From: Eledone cirrhosa
Lineage: Eukaryota
Assembly (NCBI GenBank): GCA_964016885.1
Contig: OZ024740.1
Span: forward strand, 414,346,001-414,410,000
Reading direction: 5' to 3'
DNA length: 64,000 nt
A program made the position numbers and the translations under genes. The notes under the pieces are model-generated. The model saw only the letters and a program-made list of their open reading frames with translations. It was not told the DNA's origin and made no database searches. Positions 39,801-51,700 of the stretch are shown piece after piece (position 1 is the first letter of the stretch; every line of letters starts with the position of its first letter).

Positions 39801-42674
39801 TACTCTGTATATGCTACCTTATCGACAAATCCACTTCGAGCAAGAGCTTCATTGTAATAAGTGGAATGGTCGTTGAAAATACGCGCATTGGTGGAAAGAC
39901 GGGAAAGCCTCAACGAAACGTTTCTTACCAGGTTCTTGGTTATGCTGGCAGGATGGTTGGAATGCTTACTTATGTAATTAAGCGTATCATTCGGCTTTCT
40001 ATACAGGTAATACAACCCATTCAATAAATTGAGGGTAGCGTCGAGGTAATTAACGACCGAGAGATTGGCCTCAACCTGTATAGAGAGGTTGAAGCCTTTA
40101 CAGAAGGCTGTGAGTTCTTTTCTGAAGCTGTCGCAAGCACGAGGTTCGCACTTAGTCATGGTCAAAAGACCATCATCATGGTACAAACCACCGCCCGCGT
40201 TGGGGAATTCGTCCTTGATAGAGAAAAGAAGGAAAAGGCCGATAAGATCAGTAACCTCTGCAGAATCACTGGCGCCCATACTCACGTCGAATGGGGTACT
40301 ATTGGATTTTTTAATCCAAATGAAGTCGTCGAAATTAATCACCGACTTTCGGGCATTGAGGATGACATCGACTTCGAAATCCTTAACCACTGTGAGTGTT
40401 TTAGCGAAATTGATAGCTCTAAGGAGAAGTGGTAAAGTGATGGAGGATTAGTAATTGTAAACATAAATTGCACAAAACTTTCCTGTATTACAGCCCCACG
40501 TTATACCCTAACGGATAGTACGATCTATACGTGGATATTTTACGTCTTGATGTGGGAGCTAAGTATATCATCATCATCATCATCATCATCATCAGGTTTA
40601 GCGTCCGTGTTCCACGCTTGCATGGGTTTGGACGGGGGTTTTCCCACTTGAGGCAAGAGTGGTTGTCTTGCTCGCATAGGACTGTCTGGCGGGTTTTCTA
40701 CAGTTGGATGCCCTTCCTAACACCAACCACATTTACAGTGTGGGCCTGGGAGGTTTTTACCGTGTTGCCTACACGGCCACATTACAGCGTGGACTGTCTG
40801 GCGGGTTTTCTACAGCTGGATGCCCTTCCTAACACCAACCACATTTACAGTGTGGGGCTGGGAGGTTTTTACCGTGTTGCCTACACGGCCACATTTACAG
40901 TGTGGACTGTGTGTTTTTTTGTCGTGACACCTACACGATCTCATTTGTTTCGGCCTGGATGTTGTGGGACCAACATAACTTTACATTGAAGGGGGCGGTG
41001 TGGATGTGGTGGAGGTGGTGGGACGGGGGTGTGTTTTGATAGAGATGCCTACTGACTGTAGTAGGTTTTTACTTTGTATTTAGGTAAGGCGGGTCTTCTC
41101 TATTACTGAGTACCGCCAAAGGTCTCGGTCCAGTGACATTGTCTTGGAGAGGTGTAAGCGTGTGAGGTCGGAATTTATCAGCTCGTCCCATGTTTTTCTG
41201 GGTCTGCCTACTCCGTGGCTACCGTCTATCTTTATTGCCCTGCACTTTGTTATACAGCTGTCGTCTTTCATGCACATCACGTGACCATACCAACGTAGCC
41301 TTCTCTTGAGTGTTTTGTTTATACCATTACTTATTTGCATAGGTAAGTATATATTACCCGTATGTTTTGTGAAGGTACGTATACCTTCTCGTACGTATAT
41401 TTGATTGTTTATGTTATGGCGTATAATTTTATATATTCTGCTACATATGGTTTGACTATGTGTATACGGGAGTTTTGCGTCTGTGTGAGTATGCAGGTTC
41501 GTACATATGTAGGGTGTGTGTATATGTGTACTTCATGTTTTGGTTGACTTACGTCTCCGAACATTCATGTATTATATGTAGGTATGTGTGTGCGCTTGTT
41601 ATATACGTATTTATTTATTTATATACGTTTATATAATTATTTATTTATTTGTATACACGCATGCACACACACACATATTTATATGTGCGTGGTTTTGTAT
41701 ACCTATGGTAAGTGTTTTGCGTAAGCTTGTGTATGTACGTATTTGTTTGCGTGTATGTATTTATTTATTTCTATTACTTCTGTACTGTATTTATTTACTT
41801 TGTTCTTAACTCTGTAGCAGAGATTCATTCGGTCTCCTAGTTAGAATTTTAGTCTATGACTTCTGCTATACCATTTACGTGGTTTTGTCTTTGCGTGCTA
41901 TTGTTCTCCATGCTCCACATATGACGTATTACCTTCGTTTTTTTCGTTCATTGCCAGAGAACGTCTCTATGAACCACCTAAGAGAACATTAGTCTAGGAC
42001 CTCTTTTATACCATAAATGTGGTTCCGTCTTTGCGCGTAATTATTTTTCACCGCTCCTATTAATGACGTATTATATTCGTTTTTTCCCGTTCTTTGCCAG
42101 CGAACGTTTCCACGAACCAAAGTATCGTCTTCCTGTCTTCCTCCGGTTGCAACGTTTTTTGAAATATCCACTTCTGCATCTACAGATTGACTTTGTTAGT
42201 TTCAGAAGATCCCGTTAAGGGTGAAAGCAGCGATTCTTTGCTTAAACTTTAATCTGTTATTTTAATAAATATATATATATATATATATATGGAGGCACAT
42301 GGCTTAGTGGTTAGAGCATTGGCCTTGCAATCGAAAAGCTGTGAGTTCAACTCTCAGACCAGGTGATGTGTTGTTTCCTTGAGCAAGACACTTTATTTCA
42401 CATTGCTCAGAAATGAGATGATAGGGACTGGGGTCCATATCATTCCACTGCAAAGTGATCGTGGAGGTACCACGGCAAAAAAGCACCAGGCCCACACTGT
42501 AAAGTGGACGTGTAGGCACCACGGAAAAAAAAGCACCCAGCACTCACTGTAAATGAGGTTGGTGTTAGGAAGGGCATCCAACTTTATAAATCAAGCCAGA
42601 ATCAGTTCCCGTCCCATCCTTGCAAGCAGAGAAAAGCGGACGTAAAATGAAATGATGATGATGATGATAATATA

Positions 42675-42716
<42 letters not shown>

Positions 42717-45700
42717 CTCACACACAATTCTTTTATGTGCATTTTTTTGTGCATGCAAAGGGTTTGATGGGTCTTTTCCAGCACACCTTCCCTCCATCAA
42801 CTGTGCTCCTTTATCAACTCCTTTGTGACATTCAACATTTTGAGATCTGTCTCACCACTTCTGTCTTCTTTGGTCTTCCTCGACTGCAGCTCCTTCAACT
42901 GAGAACTCTCTATGTCAGCATGGACATAAAACTGATGATATGTATGTATCACTGGATATCAATCTAAACCATTTGGATTTGCAATATTGGTAGAGGGTCG
43001 GATGCCATGCTTTGCAGCAAAGAGTTACGGTCCTTTATGATCTGAGTTCAAATCCCGCTGAAGTTAACTTTGCCTTTCATCCTTACGAGGTCGATAAAAT
43101 AAAGTACCAGTAATACACTGGGATAATTGCCAAAAGTAGAAACAATTATTATTATTATTGGTGACGTACGTAGGAAATCGTATCATCGTGAGCTCCACAA
43201 AGATTTGTTGTTTTCAGTTGTTTTAAATTGCCAGTTATGGAAAATGTTTGTTGTTAAGTGTTTATAAGTTCATATATATTGCTTTCTGAAAAGGACACTA
43301 AAACATTTTGGGCCTTGAAAATTTAAACTTTTATAATTATCAAACAAAAACTTTCTTTGAAAAAAAACATGGACAGCTCTCAGCCACTCAAAGCTGTCAG
43401 CCTTCCTAACAAACTAACACCTCACACCAACATCGCCATTGTAAACATTAGTAAAGCCAACACTAAAAATATAAGCAGTGGCAATAATTTAAATTTGTCA
43501 CATGCCGACGTTCATTTCCCACCATTACCAATGACTGCAGGTGTTAAAGCCACCACCCCCACCACCACCACCACAGCAACAACAGACATCGAAATGGATT
43601 CACCCAGAATCGACTCTTCCACGCCGAACACCACCACCAACACCACCACAACTGAAACTAAAAATAACAATAACAAAAATAACAATAATAACAACAGCAA
43701 CAACAACAATGAGAATAACTACAACAACATCAACACCAGCGCAAAACAAAATGTGTTGTTTGCCAAATCAGTCAAGAAAAGCGAAACAATCGAGGTAAGC
43801 CAGGATGAATTAAATGAAGCCAAGAGAATGGTAAAAAAAGATGGATACAGGGTCAGCCTCACCCCCTCCCCATCTAATAAAATGGAGCATCGGCACCTAT
43901 GCACCGTGTCATATTGGACGATAAACACAAAATCATGCCGAGTGGAACGGGCATCCGAGTCCCAGATACAAAAAGCTTTGGGACATGTGTGGGCAAAAAA
44001 ACCCACATCAGACATGGGCAGAAATATGGAACCGTGGAAATGTTCTTTGGAACACCACAGGAAGCCAGAGAGCACTCCATGGCCCCATTAAGAAGTGATG
44101 AGTTCACACTCGTCCCAAGCTATTGTGGTCAGAGACTCGTGAAGATCAGGGTGACCTACGTTCCGCCGGCCATCGAAATTCCCTGGCTAATGGCTGCCGT
44201 CCTCGCCAGCATCTAGGCCAACACGAAAATAATTGAAGTAACAACAGAAAAGCAGGAGAACTGATCTGGATCTGGGATGGAGCTCCTGATCCAAGCGGAC
44301 CAAAAAAACATTGAGGAAATTCCAGAGGTGATAGACCTCAATGACGGCAGCCACCTCACCGTAATCGTTGGGGTAGAAGGCCTAGGTGTGTCGTTTGTGG
44401 CGAAGGAGCACAGCTCAGACTAAAAAGTTGAGGCCACCTCTCCTACCCACCCCAGTGACTCAAACATCAAAACCACCAGCAGCAACAACTGTAGCAGCAA
44501 CAACAGAAGTAACTGTAGCAGCAACAACTGTAGCAGCAACAACAGAAGTAACTGTAGCAGCAACAACCCCAGCAACAGTAGCAAAACCAACCCCACCACC
44601 ACCGACCGCACCAGAATTAGCATCAGCGCTTCTACCACCCACCACGCCACAACCAAAACCAACGCCTGTGGAGGATTTTTCACTCCCCGACCTATCACAA
44701 CTGGAGACAGATTGTGACGATGAGGAGGAGTGGGAAATGGTATCATGAAAAAAGAAAAAAGAATCCCAAAAAGAAAAAATCCTCTTCCTTCGCCCTCCAA
44801 AAACAAAATGCAGGGGGAAACAAATAAGCAAACAAACAAAAAAGTTAAGTCAGCTATGCCACCACCCACACCAGCATCACCAACCCCATCACCACAAACA
44901 CCAATACCATCACCATCATTAACCCCACAACCACCATCACCAACACCACAAAAATCACCAAAAAGCGAAACAGAAACAAACCCACAACAAACGCAAACAA
45001 AACAAAACAACCAAAACGATACACACTACACAGCATTAAATTTGAACAACAACCGATTATTACACTACATCCAACACAACACCAGCATCACAGAAAAAGA
45101 CTACACAACAACCCAAAAATTCACACCACCTCTACACATGCAAATCACTCGCATCACACAGAAAACGTACACGACACTAAAACAAAAATTCCCCAAGGAC
45201 ATCGGAGACTTCCGACAAACAATCTCCAGGAGGATTTATAAGGACATCCTTCCGGAGGAGACCACAAGCAGTGAAAAGGATGGAGAAACCATCCTTCCTC
45301 AACGAGAAGTAAGGTAATTGGTCTTTCCCATATTTTCCACTCCATTTCAACATGACCTCACTCAGAATAGGCAGCATAAATGCGCGTGGCCTGGGGTCGT
45401 CATGGAAGCAGGGCCACCTGCTCAACGACCTCAGGTCACTAAACATAGATGTGGTGGCCAACAGTGAGACCAGAATCTCAGAAGCACGAGCCTTCGCACC
45501 GATCTTCGGGGGGAGGAGTTGCTGTGCTTTTTCGGAGAGGTTTGGATCTCGCCATACGGGCCATCTTCCTGGATCCAGAAGGTAAGTTGGTGGTGCTGGA
45601 CGTGACCAGCGGAGACAGGCAAGCTTTCAGGCTAGAGGCCGTCTATGCCCCGACAGGAGGAGAGCGGCCTTTCTTCCGGCGTCTGGAGACCTTTCTTGGA

Positions 45701-48700
45701 ATGTCCCACACTTTAGTGTTAGTGGGCGACTGGAACGGGATCTTAGATGCACGTTGTGACTGTGTGGGATTAGCGGATAAGGGAGGAGGGTGTAAAAGCC
45801 TCGCAAATCTGCTCAGACGGTTTCAACTGTCTGAGAGGTACCGTCTGGATTTCCCGAATGTGCCAATGTGGACATGGACAAACCGCATCGGTCATCCAGA
45901 TCATATCTAAATAGGGTATTTTGTAAGGAAATAAATAGGTCTAGCATAGGCTGTCCACATTTCAAAATAGTTGACTACATGGACCACAAATTCGTGATCT
46001 GTGAGGTTGACTTAGATAGGCTTCATAGACAGGGACTCGGCTACTGGAAGCTAAATGCGTCATTAACAGCGCGCAAGGCCTACAGAGACCGGATTAGCGA
46101 ACTAGTTAAGCGGGCATTGACGGGGGCCATCGTCAACAACAAATGGTGGTTTGCTCTGAAAAGAGCGATTAGAATAAAGTCCATTAAGTTTAGTAAGGCT
46201 TTAGCAATAGAGAAAAATAGAGCAGAGGGATAACTAGTTAAAAAATTAGACGAGGCGCTTAGTAAAGGCATTGCGACCGACGTACTTGCAGGGAAATTGG
46301 CCCTTGACCAATTCTTCAATGCAAAGCACGAAGGCTGCGTTGTCAGAGCTAGGGTGCGTGCTCTCAGACACGAGGGGACGAAAGCCGTTCAATGGGTCCG
46401 AGTTGCGGAGGCGCGTCGTGGCAACAAACCCACAATCCGGTCTTTGGTGGATCACAAGGGGCGCATGCTACTCGATCTCGGGCAAATGTGTGAAGCTTTT
46501 CAGCGACACTTCGCTCAGCTGTTCGGGGGCAGCGGCGGGCCGGATCGAGGGATGGACTTTAGTGCCTACCTCAACGGACTGCCGCGGCTTTTGGCCACTG
46601 AGGCGGAGTGTTGTAAAAAGCCGATAACAGCAGCTGGAGTACGGGAGGCAAAGACTGGCTGCACAAGGGGTAAATCGCCTGGTTTGGATGGTCTGCCCTA
46701 TGAACTTTACGTACAGATGCCAGACTTGTTCGGAGGCCTCTTGGCGGACGTCTACTGCAACTGGCAACAGAACGGGAGAATTCCCAGCTCTGTGAGCCGA
46801 GGAGCTGTGGCGCTGCTGAGAAAGGATTCGAACAAGGGGGATAACATAGATAATTTCAGGCCCATAACTCTGCTAAACACCGAGTTCAAGATCTTGGCCA
46901 ACGTGCTAGCAAAGAGGTTGGCGCTTGTCATTAGTGGTCTGGTGGGAGAGGTGCAGACATGCGCCATTCCAGACAGATCCATCCACGACAACCTCCACTT
47001 CATACGATACATCGTGGAGAGGGTAGCTAGGAAACCTGGCATGGGTGGGTCCTTGATCAATTTAGATCAGTCGAAAGCTTTCGATATAGTCGACCACCGT
47101 TATCTGGCGGCAGTTCTGAGGGCAGTTAGCTTTGGGTCCATCTTCAGAGGCTGGATCGCTGCCATGCACAGCGACATCTGCTATGTGGTGAGAGTGAACG
47201 GTCACCTTTCAGAACCTTTCAATATCATGGGCTCGGACCGCCAAGAATGTCCCCTCTGGTCCCTCTTGTACGTATTGACTCTCGAGCCATTACTGCACAA
47301 ACTGGAGACGTTGAGGTGGGTCCTGTGCGAACTAGGATGCAGAAGATCCATGTCAGCATATGCGGACGATGTCACCGTAGTGGTGTCGAACACCAAACAC
47401 ATTGAGGCGATTGGCACTACACTAAGAGAATATGAGGCGGTGACAGGAGCAATGACCAACCAGGAAAAGTCGGTGGGCCTGCACGTCGGCACCTGGAGAG
47501 GCAGGTCCATGCCGTCCAACAGTGTCATCAGGCGCTGGGCGGACGGACCGGTTAAATTGCTAGGGGTATGGTTCGGTCCGGACCTCCAGACGGACAAAAA
47601 CTGGGACGAGGTGATGAGCAGGGTGGCTTCTCTCACCCAGAAATGGGCAGAGAGGAAGCTATCCCTGAAAGGTCGAGCGGAGGTGGCGAACGAGTACATC
47701 GCGTCCGACATCTACTACCGCCTGATCGTCGTGCCTTGTCCTAAGCCTCGCCTGACTGCGCTGGAGCATCTGCTCTTTCGCTTTTTGTGGAAGGGACGCG
47801 CTCCGATGGTCAGGCGGTCCATCTGCTGTCAAGACCCACTACGAGGAAGGCTAGGCATGCCGTGGCTGATGATGCGCAGACACGCGCTTAGGCTACGTGA
47901 TCTCCACCTCTTCCTCGACGGTGATCAGGTGTGGTCACCGTTTGCTAGACGTGTCTTTCCCTAGATCGTCTCCTTGACGGAGCTGCAGTCCTGGGTCAAG
48001 CGAAGACCGAGAGGGAGCACTTGGAGACTGGAATGTCTTCAGGCGCTCACAGCCCCCGACCAGTCGGGCAATGTGAATGGTGGAACTCCACCTTGGCATT
48101 CTATAGAGGATTAGTGGAGGCGAAGAGCGACGATGTACTTGGAGAAACTCTAGGCGTCGACGAGAATCAACTACCAATCTCTTCGAAAGAACTTTCGGGT
48201 CGGAGCCAATGGACAACTTCCAGAAATCCCTGGCCTGGAAGTGCTACCGAGGAGCTTTGCCAGTTCAGGATAAACTCTACAGGCATGGATGTGCCATCAG
48301 CCGGGCATGTCTGAGATGCGCGCAGGGCAACAAACCGTCCTGCACGCACTTGTCCAGTGTCCGAGCATTGCTGACTTGTGGGTTTATGTCGAACACTTGC
48401 TGTCACATATAGGATGGATCTGGTTATCAGCCGAGTCCATCGTGAGGATTGCCTCACCCTCTTCCTTTAGCCAGGAAGGGCAGGCTGTTTTTATCTCTCT
48501 GGTGGCCATGGCGAAAGAAATAGTATGGTGGACACGTTTGAAAGGGTTGAAGACGAGCACTTACCTCTTCGGTGATGCCCTGATTAACTTTTTCAAATTT
48601 CATTTGAAAAGGAAAATCAGGGTAGAGAGGGAAATGCTCTCTTCCCAGCATTTTGTTGAAAGATGGGTGAGAGAAGCAAGAATGGCCTGAGTGAGTGGAC

Positions 48701-51700
48701 CTACTCTGAGTATGTGTCTGTAAATTGAAGGTGGAAAACTGTGAGAGGGCACTTGCCCTGGTGGTCAGAGTCACCGTGGCTTTTTTAATGGGCTTTCTCC
48801 ATGAATGTCTCTCAGAAGTCTCCCCCATATTGGGGAATTTTTCATTGTTTCTTTTTTGTTACATCCTCTGTTTTTTGTTTTTTTACACGCAGAAATGCCC
48901 ATTTGTAGCGTCCTGTATTGTCCTGAAATGTCCTGTTTTGTCCTTAATGTCTTACTTTGTGTAAACCCTTGTGCTTAATAAAGAAAGCATTATTATTATT
49001 ATTATTGGTGGATTGGCAGTATCGGTAGAAGGTCGGACACCATGCTTTGACAAGTTACGGCCCTTGCCATTCTGAGTTCAAATCCCGCCGAGGTTAACTT
49101 TGCCTTTCATCCTTACGGGGTCGATAAAATAAAGTACCAGTAATGTACTGGGTAATTGCTGGCCTTGTGCCAAAAGTAGAAACAATTTTTATTATTATTA
49201 TAAGGGCGGTGGATTGGCAGAATTGGTAGAGCATTGGACACCATGCTTCACGGCATAGGGTTACGCTCCTTTACGTTCTGAGTTCAAATCTCGCCGAGGT
49301 TAACTTTGCCTTTCATCCTTACAGAGTCGATAAAATAAAGTACCAGTAATGCACTGGGGTCGATTTAATTGACTTTCCCTCAAATTGTTGGCCTTGTGCC
49401 TAAATCAGAAACCATTATTATTATTATTATTATGAGGTCGATAAAAAAAAAGTACCAGTAATGTACTGGGGTCAATATAATCTACTTTCCCCTTCAATTG
49501 CTGGCCTTGTGCCAAATGTAGAAACCATTATTATTATTATCATCATCATTTCACAATTTCATAGTCATTTTTCCATGCTAGCATGGGTTGGACATGTCAT
49601 TATAGACCAAGTCAGTACTTAATTGTCTTCCTAAACCTGTTAGAGGACCATGCAAAGGTCAATATGGTTGAGTCTGTTGCTGAGAACCTCCACCAGGTCA
49701 TCCCTGCCCTATGGCACCTAGGACTAGAAATCAACCTTTCCAAGTCTAAGGTCATCAATGTGAGCTACAGCAGAGTCAAATTCCAACACTCAACATCAAT
49801 CCTGTCCTCACTGAGGCTCGGTTAACCCTGAAGGACACTAACTGCATTCTTGGCTCTCCATTTCTCTTGAAAGCCATATGTGAGTGCCTGGAGACAAGCA
49901 AGCAGACTTGATGAAGATGATGGAGAGATTGCACCTCATCAACACACACCAAGTACTCTTCCTCCTGGGAACTACTTCCATCTCCTCAAATTCCTCTTCA
50001 TACTATGCAGTGAACTTTGCCACTCTCTAGTAGATCACCTCATTGAACTCCATGCTACCATCCAACGATCTGCAATATTGACTTAGACAGTGCCAGCTGG
50101 CAACAGGTAAAACTTCCTGTAAAATTCGGTGGCCTCAGCCTTCAATCTACTCCAATTTATGTAGTACATTCATAGTGACTGCATACTAGAGAGGTCACCT
50201 TGTTCAAAGGCAAATGTGATCAAGTGAGATGGAGGAGTGGGTATGGAGACAGAACTGTGTTATTATGAGTGTTGTCAAGGAGATAGAGCGACCGGGTTGG
50301 TATGGATGGGAGTATTAGAAAAAAGAGTGAGTATAGACTACATGTTGGTTGTTGGTAGAGGTTGAATAAATACAATAGGATAAGTGAGAAGAGATGAGAG
50401 TGTAGGATGACTAGTAAAAGGGGTGGATTATCACAAGTTGTAGACATCAATTAATATGGAGGAGAGAGGACAATATATGGTGGCATATAGAGTAACATAT
50501 GGAGATGATGTCTCGATGGAAGCATACGGGGCACCTTTATCAGGGCACCAGCACTAGTGAGTTGGCTTTGGGCCTCACAAAATAAAGGGCACTCACTATA
50601 CTATCTCTGTTCAATCTAGGTAGTGTGGGTCAGAAGTTGACTGGGTGAAAGAGCAATGACCAGAAAGAATAGGATGAGAAGTGTAAGGGTAACATAGGAG
50701 AAACAGAGTGAAATGGAGTGAGGGAATAACAGACAATCAGAAATGGATGAGTGTCTGTGTGTCTTTTCATTGGCACCACATCAGTAAGGTGACATTTGGT
50801 TATGTTGCATATAAACAATATGTCCGATAGCTCACCAGTTCAATATGTGAAGATCAGTTGAATAAGTGTTAGCATCAGGCTGTAGATACTACATCAAAAG
50901 AGTTGTTCCAGCTTGAAAAAGTAGCCGTAAAAATGAAGATGATGGTATGTGTGAGTACATGTGTGTGTATGTTTGTCTGTGTGTGAGTGCGTGTTTGAGC
51001 GTATATGCATACATATATCGACAAATATATGTGTAGAAGCTATAAAAAAAATGTGTGTAGAAGCTATAATAAATGTGCATAGGATATATAGTGTGTAAAA
51101 GCTTTAGTCAATGTGTTGATCAATTAAAGCAAGTGCATTTAAAACTATCTCAGCTGTGTATAGAAACTATAGCAGCTGTGTGACCGAGATGTGTATAAAA
51201 ACTGTTCAAGATGTGCATAGCAACAATAAACGTGTATTAAATAAAACTTCTATAGTGTAGGACCATATGATGAGGATGGGGATAGAAGCAGTAATTTCAA
51301 AATTTCAATGAATGAAACATCTGTCTAAATTACAAAGAATTTAACAGAAAGAAGAAAACCTTACCATTGTCTGTTCTAGTAATAACACTTTTAGCTTTGG
51401 TAATTCTGAAGAAAAAAAAAAGAAAGATTCATTGAACATATTATGATAGCTGTATGGGCAGATTTATAATTTTTGATATTACAAAAGTGAGCAAATTCTT
51501 TGTAGTAGAGTTATAATCAGAGATGGAAGCAGTGTAGTTTGTAGTTCCAAGTCTAAACCAAATTGAGGTTAATATTTCTTTACATCTACAATGGCTCTAT
51601 ACAATAAAGCCTGTCATATACTAGAGTGACTTAAATGATTCCCACTCCTATTTTTCCATACAGAGGTTGGCCTGCTGTCAAGAAAAGATAAATGACACTG

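Larger units (their letters stand above)
37991..42270 (-). mobile_element. Penelope-like element (probably Naiad clade) with inverted pseudo-LTRs
   Basis: RT + GIY-YIG ORF; 38077-39152 is mirrored by 40455-40568 plus 41311-42270. Confidence 0.9.

Noticed and set aside
39089-40390. Selenoprotein-type Naiad
   Set aside because: No in-frame UGA in the visible ORF; the CNCR cysteines checked are TGT codons.
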